DNA of 64,000 nucleotides from the human T2T-CHM13v2.0 reference genome, Homo sapiens, in the NCBI RefSeq assembly GCF_009914755.1, contig NC_060934.1; one strand, 5' to 3'. This document shows positions 27,169 to 45,177 of this stretch, in pieces. Each line of letters starts with the position of its first letter. The stretch's first letter is position 1. The position numbers and the translations under genes are program-made. The notes beneath the pieces were generated by a model, which made no database searches, was not told where the DNA came from, and worked only from the letters and a program-made list of their open reading frames with translations.

Positions 27169-27339
27169 AATATACCTATATGGTTAGTAGTGGGAAGCCA
27201 AGCTGTTTCTTACTGTCAGATGGTTAAGTTTTGAAATTTTCTCTCATTCTACTCAAGGGTAGAATGATTGGAGTGTCAGTGTTCAATGCTACAGGACAAT
27301 AACTTTTGTAAAAATGGTTAAAGCAGATTAGACCCCAGT

Positions 27340-32330
<4,991 letters not shown>

Positions 32331-33656
32331 GTTTCTGTTGCCTGGAACCAGGGGGTCTCAAGGCAGCACCACTCAGATCTAGGACTTTCTAAGGCTTCTC
32401 ACTCAATCAGGGCCCTCGGGTTGTCAGGGAGGCCCCAGTGGAGCGTCTGGAGGTCATGAGGTGTGCACCTTCTCTGCTGATGCTGCCCACTTTCCCTCTG
32501 CTTCCTCCAGCCCTGGCTTACTCTCCTTTTTCCAAGTGCCCCGATTCTCTTCGGATTGCCCCTGCTTACTAGAGAGGCCATTCAGGAAACTTTGAAACAT
32601 TGCCATTTATTCAATATCTAGTGCATCGTAGTCCCTTAATCCAAAACAACTGGTTTGGTTTTTGCATAAAGCTACCAGAAGATAAATATAGATAAAAATC
32701 TTGAAGATTTAGAAAAAGTAATATTAAAATAGATCCTTAGATATGTTCTTATCAACATCTGCAAGTGTTCATCCCAATATGGATTCCATCAGTTAGAGGG
32801 GTTTTAAGAGGGGTCACTGTGCGCCAGGCCCAGTGTGGGATCTGGGGGAGGTTGTCAAAGTTGTCTTCTAATCCAGAACAACTTGCTCACTAATATTTAT
32901 ATTTCTGCCTTCAATCTGGGAAGCAGCCCTTTTCAGAAAGGTTTGCTGCAATACTCTCTAGGGGACAAAGCTGAGTGAAACTCTAGAGGCTTGTCTTATA
33001 CGCATAGACATCACGTGCACACTTACACCCCAGTCATTTCTGCATGTGGGATCATCACAGTTGTGTGTTTGACTTTTTCACCTGACCTTGTAAGTGCTTA
33101 GCCATATACTGAACTCTTTAATATCATTTTTGGAGATGGCATAGTGTCCTACTGTAAAGATATAACCTTCTTCCATTGTTAGGAATTTAGGGCAATTTCA
33201 TATCTGAGACTCTGTCTTAAAGAATTAATTAAAATTTTGTGCACAAAGATGTTTAATATAGTGTTTTGAGAAGTCAAAACACAGGGAAGACTTCTTGTGT
33301 CTTACATTGAGAAATTCTTAGCCAGCCTCTTAGTTTCCTGAATTCAGGACTGTGTTGTGTAATTTTGAAGCCCCAATAGTGATATGGTCATTTTTTTCAT
33401 ATCTTCATTCAAAAAACCTCAGTCACCTGGGGAGTGGGTGGGGTGTGTGCTGGACCCTGACCTTGAACTGTCCAGACAAGTTCCTAACCACGTGGAGCTC
33501 AAGCTTCCCTGGGGCTTACCTGAATGACCTGCTCAGTGGTCAGCCACTTGCTGCGTGTCAGCCGGTGAACTCTGGGTTCCTGGCTTATCAGAGACTTCAA
33601 GTCCTCATTACCTTCTGGGTCTCAGTTTCCCTAATATGTGCAATGACAGGATTGGC

Positions 33657-33862
33657 CAGGGCTTTCCAACAGAAGTTTTTGCAATGATGGAAATGTTCTG
33701 TGTCTCTGCTGCCCAATGTGGTAGCCACTAGTCACATTGGCTGCTGGGCACTTGAAATTGACTCCTGTGGCTTAGAAACTGAATTTTAAATTTTATTACA
33801 TTCCAATTAATTTAAATTTAAATAAGTAGCCACATGTGGCTAACAGCTGCGTATGGACACTG
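33657..33862. mobile_element. MER3 (hAT-Charlie MITE), preceded by a MIR fragment
   Basis: TGCAATGATGGAAATGTTCTG...GGTAGCCACTAG...ACTGAATTTTAAATTTTAT...TAGCCACATGTGGCTA. Confidence 0.85.
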
Positions 33863-35944
33863 CCAGTCTAGACGGATATGATGCTTGTTTAATGGTCTTA
33901 AGAGGTCTTTAGAGTCTATTCTAATCCTGACATCTGGTTTTCTTTGCTTGTTTGTATTTATTTGTTCCTTTATTTTTACCACGACTGCTCTGAGTACCAG
34001 GAACTCCTTTTTGGGATGTCACAGATCACCAACTTCCTTCTCTGTGCTGTGTCAATAGGGACGTCACCCCTGTGGGGAAAGGAATTTGCCTGAACAAGAC
34101 ACTAAAAAGATAAAATAGGCTGAAGCGGAGAAGAATAAAAGATTGTGCTGGCATGAGCTAGTTTTGCAAAACCCATTTAAATAAACTCAGGATATTACCG
34201 ACCCCATGCACACATTCTTTCCTTGACTCTGCAATGTTCCGTTAAACCAGATTGTGAATTTTTTTCAGGATTAACAATTTACATTTATGATTCTATTTTC
34301 TTTTATAAGTAACTGCTATTTGTAAATGAGACTAATTATTTGAATTCATGGTACAAATAACGTAATTTAGAGTTACAGAACTCTTGATCCTCTGGGTCTA
34401 AGCAAAATAAACGTAGTACCTAATGCTGGAATAGAGCAAGAGTTTTCTTTGAATCTCAAAATATCTGCATTGTGAAACTGGGTTAAGTTATTTTGGAAAC
34501 TATAAATAGTCACTTTGTAATTAGGTGTTTGGTTTTATTTGTTCTAATGGAGTGCTTATTACAGTCGGTGCATTTTTACCCCACGGATCAGAAGCTTTTA
34601 TAGGCCAAGTGATGAGAGACCATCTTCTACATTTCATTTGCTGATTGTGACTCATCACTGATGATCGATGGACTGCTGAACTTTTTAATTCCTGTTTGCT
34701 TGTAGAGAAAGAAAATTCTCATCTCTTTTGATAGGTCCTACTCCAAAATTCTGCAGCCGTTTTGTACAATCATAACCTTACACGATATCACACAAAGGCA
34801 GAGAAACGATTGCATGGACATGCCTTCCTGTCAAACGTGTATGGAATCTGGCCCGTCCTAGGCTTATCTCTTTCCACCAGGATTCTTCTTCCCATTTTTC
34901 TCAGCAGAGCATCTTCACGTAGTTCACATGACACCAGAACTTCATCAGGATGTAAGTTCCTGCAGAAATAGGCCTGTGTCTGGTCAGTAAACAGAGAATG
35001 TAATGACATTCCCAGAGCATTCACAGGCCAGAGTCTGGTGTCCTCCCCAGCGTCCAGCAGGCTGCGGATGGATGGCATGCAGCTGACAAGATTGATACTG
35101 CATTAGACATTCCTGGAGGTCCCTGCGGCTGGGGACTGGCACTCGCAGGCCTCCCCCTGCACACAGCTGTCTTTGGAGAGCACAGAGCAATGGGAGGCGG
35201 TTTTGTTTTACTATTTGCCATTTAGAGTCTCACTTTTAATTTATCCTCACTCTTTAAGAAATAATTGGTAATTTATTTCTTAGAGATCAAATGTTGCTAC
35301 AAGCTGAAAACTGTTTTATAAATATTTCAGGAAACTTGAATGCCTGGAATTTTCATCGTCACGCTTAAGTCTTCCTCCAAAAGGGGATGGACTTCGTTCC
35401 ATCCCGCTCCAAAAGCTGGTCCGATTCTTGCCTGGGTGTTGTATGCTATTTGCCTTTTCCATAGGCTCCAATAACAATAAGTACATCTTAAAATTGATGA
35501 AAGTTTAATGAATGGCTAGCAAGCAGAGAGACTACTTTTATAACAAGATTAATACCTTGGCTCAGGGGACATAACATTTTAGTAAAATCAAAATTTGTAT
35601 AGTTATCCTAGCGGTGCTTGCAACCTCTGGCTTCCATATAAAAATGTCTAAATAAAATACTGGCAGCCGTCTCTAGCCGTTATTTCCATCTGCTCTAGGT
35701 GGCCTGACCCGGAACCCACTCAGGGTGGTGCACTCTGGGCCGGGGTCTCTGGGATTTCTGTCGCATCAGCTTGTGCAGCCGTGGAATGGGGATGGGGCAC
35801 TGAGGCTAGCTGTCCCGTGCTCTAGAGGTTCCTGGGAAAAAAATACAGAGAGAAATAACTCACAAGGGAGCCAGCATTTGGTGTTGTTTTAAATAAATTC
35901 ATTCATCATCTATACCTTTTCCCCTTTTAATTACTACACTTTAA

Positions 35945-36190
<246 letters not shown>

Positions 36191-36609
36191 TGAATGGTTT
36201 CTGATTTTAATAGGGGGAGCATCATTTCCTGATCTAATTTATAATGTGATATAAAGCTGCTGGCCAGCTGACACTAATCTTAATTTATGATCTATTTAAC
36301 CTTTATATTTCCTAGCCACAGCTCGTACCACTCCCCCGTCTCTGCACCAGCATGTTTCAGAGGCAGGCAAGCAGCATCAGTTCTGGATCCTGGAGGCAAG
36401 GGGAGGGTTTTCACGGAGGGGCGGTGCACAGCTCTGTGCCTCCCCGGTCAGCTGGTCCGGCACTGCAGTCAGCAGCAAGGGCGTGGTGAGGGCCCTGCAG
36501 ATTCTTCACACTGTCCTGGTCCTCTCTCCTGTTTCTGAATGGCAGGACTTTGGGGTCAGATTAGACCCTGCATGTACATAGATGACAACGGAATGGCTTT
36601 TTGGGGGGA

Positions 36610-38230
36610 CTTTTTATTTTGAGATAAATTTTAGACTTGCTGAAAAGTTGCACAAATAGCACAAAGTTTCTGTATGCAGCCACCATCTGGTTTCTGCCAG
36701 CACTAACACCTCACACTTACCACAACCAGGGCGCTAACACGGGTGCACTACTGTAAACCTTGCCATCTCTCCTTTGTCTCCTCTAGTGCAATGGTCTGAA
36801 TTTATGCTTCCCCCAAATTCCTGTGTTGAAACTCTACCCCCATGGTGATGGCCTTTGGAGGTGGGGCCTTTGGGCAATGACTAGGTCAGGCTGGAGCCCT
36901 CAGAATGGGATTAGTGTGCCTATAAAAGAGGACTGAGGGAGCTCACTGTCCTCTTCCACCACGTGAGGACGCGGCGAGAAGGTGCTCTCTGTGAACCAGG
37001 AAGAGGGCCCTTATCAGACACGGGCTCTGGCGGCACCTTGATCTTGGACTTCACAGCCTCCAGAATGTGCGAGATGAATTTCTGTTGTTTACAAAGCACC
37101 CAGTCTAAGGTATTTTATTCCAGCAACCAGAAGGAACTAAGACGTCTAACTTGTGACAGTTCCTCTTGCCTTGTTTTTTGTGACCCTGGACCCTTTCGAA
37201 GAATACTGGTCAGGTATTTTGTAGGATGCCTCTCGTTTGGGTTTGCTGATGTTGTCTCACAGAGAGACAGAGGTTACGTGTTTTTGGTAAGAAGGCTCAG
37301 AAGTGATGTGCCCCCTTGGGCCATCCTGTCCTGGGGACATATGTCTGTCAGTTACTGTGATGTTAGCTTGGTCACTGGGTATGGTGAATCTCTTGTGCAT
37401 TTCCTCTTGGTAATTGAAGTTTTCCCATTGGTAATTAATACCTTGGGGGAGATATTTTGAGACCATTTTGGTTCTGCTCAGGCTTTCACCCACTCATCTT
37501 AGTGACCGTGGGTGTGTCTTGCCTGTGGCAGTTATTACTGTACTGTTTCCCTAATGTTTGTATTTCCCTCCTTCCCTTTTCATTTACCAACGGGAACTGT
37601 TCTGTAAGGAAGAGCTGTCTTTTCTTTCCCTTTTATTTATTAGTCATTGAATTATTCACATCAGCGTAGACTCATGGATATTTATTTTAATTTCTGGGGT
37701 ATAGTCCAGTGCTGTCTTTACTTAATTTTGTTACTCAAATAGCCCCCAGTTTGGCTTTTTGGAAACTCTTGGGTTTGGCTCCTATGTCTTTTGGACCTGC
37801 CCATCGTTTTTCTAGCGCTTTCCTACTTTCTGGGATCATAGTATGATCCAGGTGTATCTTGTGTTTTCCCTGCCCCAGCCCTGGATTCAGTCACTTCTCC
37901 AAGGAGCCTCTCTTCCTTTTAGCTGGAGGATGATGTTTAGCAGCCAAGATCTGGGTGCTGAGTGTGCTTGCTGCTGCTGAGTCACTGCTCTTCCTGCCCT
38001 TCTCAGTAGGGGGAGCTAGGGGCTGTATGTGTGTCTACTGACCCGTGCATCTGCATTTATTTCTGTGTCTGCTGTCTGCATGCATGTTAAAAACTGCAAG
38101 TTCATCTGATGCCTCTAACTTGAATTCATCACAGCAGGTTTTATTCTAATCTCTGCCTTTCCTCTTTGTAGCTGCCTTCTCCAACATTGAGAAACCTGGC
38201 CCTCTTTATCTGCAACATGTTTGCTTATAT
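36610..38230 (-). mobile_element. L1MC-like 3' end fragment, interrupted by an MLT1 LTR
   Basis: TTTTAGACTT...AAAAGTTGCA...; ATTTTGTAGGATG; CCCTGCCCCAGCCCTGGA..CAG.CA.TTCTCCAAGGAGCC. Confidence 0.75.
36787..37144 (+). mobile_element. MaLR solo LTR (MLT1A0-like), sense
   Basis: TGCAATGGTCTGAAT...GGTGGGGCCTTTGG...TATAAAAGAG...CACCTTGATCTTGGACTTC...; 5-bp TSD TCTAG/TCTAA. Confidence 0.92.
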
Positions 38231-39504
38231 GGTGGCTTCCTTTAAAAAGAATCTGGTAAAACCTGTGTCATTGTGTTTCAGCCACTAGATGCAGATGAGG
38301 CTTAGTAGGAAAAGCCCTACTTGTGAAGAACAGTATTTCCTATGCTTGCTTGGTGGAAAAAGTCACAGAATTTTCTATAGAATTCTCTGTAAACATGGTT
38401 AGGAATATAGGGTTGACATTTGGACTCAAATAGAAAATGAAATCCTTTTGTTTCATTACTTATTTCGTTACTCAGCTTTCACCTTGACTCTTGGAAAACT
38501 GATGGCATGTTTCCAAATGGATATGCCAGCTAATTAGCTTATTTCTCAAATATCCATGTTGGATGTGGAAAACAAATAAAAATAAAGCAAGGAAGACCCT
38601 CTACTGTTGTTATGTGAAGAATAACAATTACCTTTAATAGCATTTTCTGCTAATTTAGAGATTTTTCTTTTTCTTACACTTATTTTCTAACTCCTATGAT
38701 TTGTGTAATTCATATCTTATACCTACATCTGATTCATTATGATTCTTAATTCTCTTTGTTGTAAACAGAAATATTGAAAATTCATTCGATGAACCTAAAA
38801 CCCTTTAAAAGGTCTGGTTAAATTTTAACATTAAGGGTGATACAGTATTCATGCTATAGAACACAGACAGTCAGAAATCTTATGAAGTGTTGGAGACTTT
38901 AATGGATACTGTACTATGTAGAATCTGATCACGAGACTCCTGCTTCATCACGTTTTTACTCGAATTGGGTTTCCTGGTGACAAAAGACTGTGAAGTAGCT
39001 GACGGAAATACATCCTTATGTCAGTTTTCACCCGATGACTGAAAATTGTTGGATATATGCGTGAAATAATTAGGTCTTATTTTTGGAAGGGAGAGAATAT
39101 AACCGACTGAAAAATAATTTGGAGTTAATTGTCCTGAAAATTCACCTACTGTATATTAATAGGTTAGGTGTTTCCTAATTCTTTCTTTCTTAAGCATATC
39201 TTCCTTTTCCTTACACTCTTTTTGACACAAACTTTTGAATATGGACTCACATTATAAATCTTGGGATTGGAAAGGCCATAAAGATTGGATTTTTAAAACT
39301 TCAACAATGTAGAGGAATACCAGTGTTGTATTTGTTCAGAAAGTCCTCATTGGCGCTGATTTGGGCACCGCCTGGTTTCCTACCGTAGAAGCGTGTGCTG
39401 TGGTGGGGTGAACTGGGCGGGGGATTCACACCAGCCTGGGCCCTGGGCCATGGGGGGCTGCCTCCCAGGGCTGCTTCAGCCGACAGGAGGGTGCGGTGGT
39501 GAAG

Positions 39505-39675
39505 AGGCAGGGCTCTGGGGATTGGAATCTCCACGCTTGACTTTAGGCTTCTACTGCTCACTCGAAATGGGACCTGAGGCAAATTATTCACCTGCATTGT
39601 GCTGGGTTCCTCACCTGTGATACATGGATTATAATATCATCTCTCTTCATGGGTTATTGTAAGGATTGATTTTAT
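39505..39675. mobile_element. MIR fragment
   Basis: GGGACCTGAGGCAAATTATTCACC...TTCCTCACCTGTGA...GGGTTATTGTAAGGATT. Confidence 0.65.
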
Positions 39676-39695
39676 TAATATTTCGAATGTTAACG

Positions 39696-39986
39696 TTATT
39701 ATTTATTTATTTTGAGATAGAGTCTGGCTCTGTTGCCCAGGTGCAGTGGTGCGATCTCAGCTCACTGTAACCTCCACCTCCTGAGCAATCCTCGCACCTC
39801 AGCCTCCTGAGTATCTGGGATTACAGGTACCCACCACCACACCTTCCTGATTTTTGTATGTTTTTGTAGAGACAGTGCTTCACCATGTTGCCCAGACTGG
39901 TCTTAAACTTCTGAGCTCAAACTATCCGCCCGCCTTAGCCTCCCACAGTGCTGGGATTACAGACATGAGCCACCGCACGCAGCCCA
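39696..39986 (-). mobile_element. Alu (AluJ-like, with small internal deletions)
   Basis: Reverse Alu; TSD AATGTTAA. Confidence 0.92.
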
Positions 39987-41329
39987 AATGTTAAGTGTAT
40001 GACATAAAATTCAGGGTTACTTTGCCTAAACAGTTCAGTGTCTCTGATTAATGTGATTTCTGTTTCACTGACAGCTTTCATGTAAATTTAAAACTAGATA
40101 GAATTACAGAGCTTCAGAGTTGTACAGACTTGTAGAGGTAAAGTAAAGCCAAAACATTGAGCTCAGTGACGGGGTCAGTCACTTCCTGGTGTCAGAGTCC
40201 ACTGACAGGCTCTGGCAACTCTTGCATCAAAATCCTTTGCACACAGGTCCTTTCTTGCTCTTAGCCAGTAGCAGCTGTCCTGGGCAGAGTTCCCTCAGTG
40301 AACCTGGAAACGGCAGTGGCTGGAGGTGAGAGGTGTCCATGTACTCACTTGTTCAAAGTTGCCCCCTCTTCCCTCTCTGGGCTTGGGCCCTGATACCTCT
40401 CAGAGCTACCCTGCCTCCTGCGGGGGTGGGGGAGGATGCCTTTATTATCTCTAGGCCAAAGGTTGGACCTCCACATATGTCCATGATGAGGGACAGCAGT
40501 CATCCCTTTCAAGACCGAGAAAGTATTTAACTCCTTGGAAAATTGAGGGTTTATTTTGCAGTGGTTTGGAAAATGTGCTGAGGGTGGCTGTAGAGTTAAC
40601 TAAATAGAATGTTTCAGAGTCACAGAGATTTGTAATTGGTGGGCTTGGTTTGTTTTTATAGTGCTTACTCCTTTTTATCTGCCTTGTGGATTTATGCATT
40701 TATTTGATAAGTCAGTCATTTACCTCCCCATTCTTTGGTTTTCATGTTTCTGTTTATCATCAAGATAAGCAACTGTGGGTTTTCTTCCATCGAAGCACCT
40801 GCCGCAGGTGATGATTTTAATGGTATGACTGCCATGGTCACCACGACCATTCCGAGGACTCTAAACATGTTTCTTGTCCAACACTACTTTAATTTGAAAC
40901 AAAGCCTGAATTGAGCAGCATTCGTGTCTGTGGTAGACCAGGGAGGCAGGGCTCACCTCTGTTTTCAGTTCCCCTTTGCTGGATGTGCAGGAGGACTGCC
41001 CCGTTCCACTCCTTCAAGGGTGGCTTGGTCATGGACTTGGTTTGGCTAATGAGCGTGGGCTGGAGTGGCATGTGGTGCTTCTTGGTAGATGTGTGTGCAC
41101 ACCAGCTCTTGGTTCTCCCCATGTGATACTGGGACAGCTGTGGGATGGGATGGGCGCAGCCTGTGGCATCAAGCTTGCATGAATCAAGGCCGCTGCTGGG
41201 GCTAGCCCAGACCCGTAGTGGGTTTGGTGGTGGTTGTTACTGCAGAGCGTCCCAGCCATCCTGACTAGTACAGCGTGGAGTGTGTCTATGTCCTGGAGCT
41301 TGGGGAGAGTCCTGGCCGCAGTCCAGGCT

Positions 41330-41520
41330 TTGAAGAATGTTGACTTGACCTGGAATACCCACCTGTCCCTGGAGTGCTGTGTTCTTAGGCTAGTTCCGTA
41401 ACCTCCCTGTCTGCTTCTTCATCTACACACCATTTGATCTTCCTTAGGTTTGCTGTAAGGAGTAAATGAGATAACGCATGTAAAGCACCTGGCCCGGTGC
41501 CAGGCATATTTAGTTAATAC
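41330..41520. mobile_element. MIR
   Basis: GTAAGGAGTAAATGAGATAACGCATGTAAAGCACCTGGCCCGGTGCCAGGCAT. Confidence 0.75.
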
Positions 41521-44500
41521 GTTGCGTTCCTACCCAGCTAGACCTTTTAACAGTCCATTGGCATCAGGTCACCTACAAAAAGGTACAGAAGCTGCCTTTC
41601 TCTGTGGTATTTGCTTTTTGATTAAAAAAAGGAAATAAATGATCACATAATTGTTTTATTTTGCCTTAAAAAATGAGTAAAAAAAAAATGTGGCTCACAT
41701 ATGCCAGAGGTGTGATATGTGAGTCGTCTCTCCCTGAGGAAGGCTGCAGCTGAGGTTGGGGGTGAATTTTTTCCCCTGCATGAAGAGGGGTGACTGGGGA
41801 TGGGGCCACCTCCCTTCCTAAATTTCCGTGCTCCCTGTTGGTGTAATTAACTTAGGGGAAACCACACGTGGGGATTCAGGGGCTTCTCCCTTTATTCTTT
41901 TCCTTAAAATCAAGTTACATTTTTTTTTGAGCAATAAACTTTAGAACAAAATGAGGAATAGAAAACAAGATGTCGAGACAAACAAGCCTTAGCGAGGCAG
42001 CTGTTAAAAGCAGCCGGACCCAAACAGAGCATAAAAATGCATGTAGTCCAGAGAAGCACTTTTTCTTTTTACGGCTCTACCCCGTATTTCATTTATATTT
42101 AAAACTGAGTTGACGAATATGAATACAGATATTTAGAGTTATTGTAAAGTCGTATTTGTTTATGTGCGTGGTCCAGTTTCCAGGCCATATCTTACAGTTT
42201 AAAAGGGAGAGCAGTTAATGGTTTCGCCCACACTGCTTGGATTTTTTTTTTTTTTATTATCCTCCAGCTCCTATTCTTCAGGTGTGCAGCTATTTTAGTA
42301 TTATGAAGAATGATGGATGATGCAGGAAAGTTTCTTTGGAAGCACTTCTGATATTGTGCAATGCACTTGGGGGTCAGCTACACTTGACTGATGCATGATT
42401 TATCCAATGTCCCTGCCACTTCCCGAGATAAAGCTGCTGCTTTATCGAAAATGCCAGCAACTGTGATTTAGAATTTATAAACCTCCGTTTTCAAATAATT
42501 GTTCTGATTACTTTCTGCCTTGGCAATAAAATGATAAAGGTAATTGCACACAAATGTGAGATAGCACCAAAATACAATAAAATTAACCTGAATTAGCTTG
42601 ACTTGTCGATGAGAAGTATTTATGAAATGTGGTGTTGCAATAAGGGAGGGAGAGTGATATTATGGCTGGAAGGTGAGTTATTGCTTTAATGTGATACTCT
42701 TTGAAATTTAAAAAAGAGACTGTTTCTGTTGAGGGTGATTGTGCTTTTGAAATTAAGTTGAAGTGATTCTTATAATTGGCAACGAGAATGCATTTTGAAG
42801 GTAATATCTTTTATTGTGTTATGCCTAGTTGCATCACCTTTTATTTAGCTGTTTCTGGCTTCAGCTTTTCTAATACTCAGGTAGAAGCAGACTTGGAATT
42901 CTGTCGGATCCAGGGGCTGAAATGTTGTATTCTCTTTGTAGCAATGCCCCTGGTCTTAATGTTACAGACTTTTTCCTCCTACATTTGATTAAATTGTTTA
43001 GATATCAAAGGTTAAATATTATAGCTAGTTAATGTTTTTTTAAGTTTAAAGGCGGTTTTAGAAATGTGTTTTGTTTCCCTGTCTTTGTGTGCACTGGGAA
43101 CATCTCATTGTAGCCTGATGGTTTCAACAGTATCAGATCAGGGTTCCATGTCTGATACCCATAGTTCGTAATCTGCCTTTTACATTCCTGAAATGAAATT
43201 CCTGGATAATATCCATCTACATGTACTATTTAAATGAAACACTTTAGGAGCAGTAATTTATAATAAAATAACATGCCTTCAGAACAGGAATGCTTGGGCA
43301 GGACTCTGCTAGCAGACATAACGTGGCAATCAGGTGTATGTACCTGGAACACAGCAGCTGCAAATGGAGATTGAGACAGTTTTGTTTATTGGACATTCAT
43401 CATCTGGTCAACGTTGACATTGGTGATATAATTTTTCCAAAATGGTGGACAGCTTTTGTAAAGTTTCAAAGAAAATGAAGTTCACCTTTCCATTGAGTTA
43501 CAGGATAGTTGTGTTCTTAGAAAACTTTGTGTAGAGAAAAACTGTGCAGAAAATTTTGTGTTTGCAGTAAACAGAATTCTAGTTTAGGGTCTTATGAATT
43601 TTAGATTTGAATGTGTTGCAGGACAGTTGAAAGTGACACAGGTTGCAGGACGACACTGTTGTTTGGGATGGGAGAACATTCTACATTCTTGATTCCCCCC
43701 TTTTAAATGTCGATAGCTCCCACAACCATTGTGACAACTAAAAAGTGCTTTCAAATTCTCAATAACCCCCTCTTGAGAAGGACTAGAGAGGATGCCCTCC
43801 AGAACATCCTCCCCTGGCCAGATTGTGATTAGATCAGGAGCTTCCCAGCACCCTCCTGCTCAGAGAGCCTGTGCCACCTCACATGCCACCATGGGAAGCC
43901 TGAGATTTTGGTTCCCACTGTTGCCTGGGAATCCATTTCCAAATGAGTGGGGAGAGAGATGTCATCAAAGCTGAGAGTCCTTGGCAATTGATTGTACTGT
44001 AGTGCCCTCCACCACCTTTAGGACCTGATTTTGTCTAGCCTAGGTTTGTGTGAATGTGGTAGGGTTTTTTTTCTGACTTGGTAATAAAGTTTGTAGTATT
44101 AGTGACTTGTAGGATATCTAACAAAGATGAAGTTTTGGAAACTAAGGCCAACTTTGGAAAGTGTTATAGACTTAAAATTGCAGCGTGTGTTTCCCCCTGT
44201 TGACTTTGTGAGTACAGCACTGGTATGCTGTTTTTCCAAGGAGAATGAAGTATTGGGAAAGAATTGCTCAGGAAAAATATAACTAGTAGGATTTTTTCCA
44301 GAAATAATAAATGGAATTGAGAAAATTGAAGTGAAACAAGATTCTGTGGTAGATAAATATCTCTTTTAGTCCCCCAACCCCGCTTTTATTTTCTAGTCTA
44401 TTGATAAACTGTATATTATTATGATAGCCTACTTTGACTCTTGGTTTGTAAAAATGAAAGTATAATACAGGCTTTATGATTAGGCTAGTGTGAAGTTACA

Positions 44501-45177
44501 TGTTAAAATAGGGGGCTGACAACATATCAAATACCTGTGTAATTTAATATTATGTGATAAATATGTAAAGTAAAAACTGAGATTCCATTTTTTCCAACAT
44601 TTTGACTTAAGGCTGAATTTTAGGGGTCATTAAATTATCATGGAGCTCAGATAGATACACGGTGGTTCTTTGTCTTACTCTGGGTGTGAGCAAGCTGGTC
44701 TTTTCCTTCTTTAAAAATGGTTGAGTTACTTTCTGTCTGCATCTGATACATCCAGTATCTCAAGTCTTTGCTTGCTTATTGTACATTCATCATCTGGTCA
44801 GCATGGATATTGGTGACATCATTTTCCTAAGATGGTAGACAGCTTTTGTAAAGTTTCAAAGGAAATTAAAGTTCAAGAACAAGCTAATAAAGTTTTTTGG
44901 CTTGTTCTTGCTCATGGTGTCTTATTTCCATGTTTTCCTGTTTCTTTGATTATACTGGGCATCATATTTGAGAGATTGCTCATTATTCATGAGAGCAGTG
45001 TGAAGCCTGAGGGGTTGTGCTTGTCCCTGGGGTAGTTTGATCCCTTCGGTCAGGTGCTGAGCACACCAACAGGCTTTGTGAATTTGCTCAGATGGCCACG
45101 AGCTGAGACCTGCAGAGTGGTCTCTCATCTGCAGTTGCTATTTTTTTTTTTTTTTTTGCAGCATTTCCTCACTAGGC

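Noticed and set aside
26824-27227. CV/HT/YI-repeat ORFs
   Set aside because: Dinucleotide microsatellite translations
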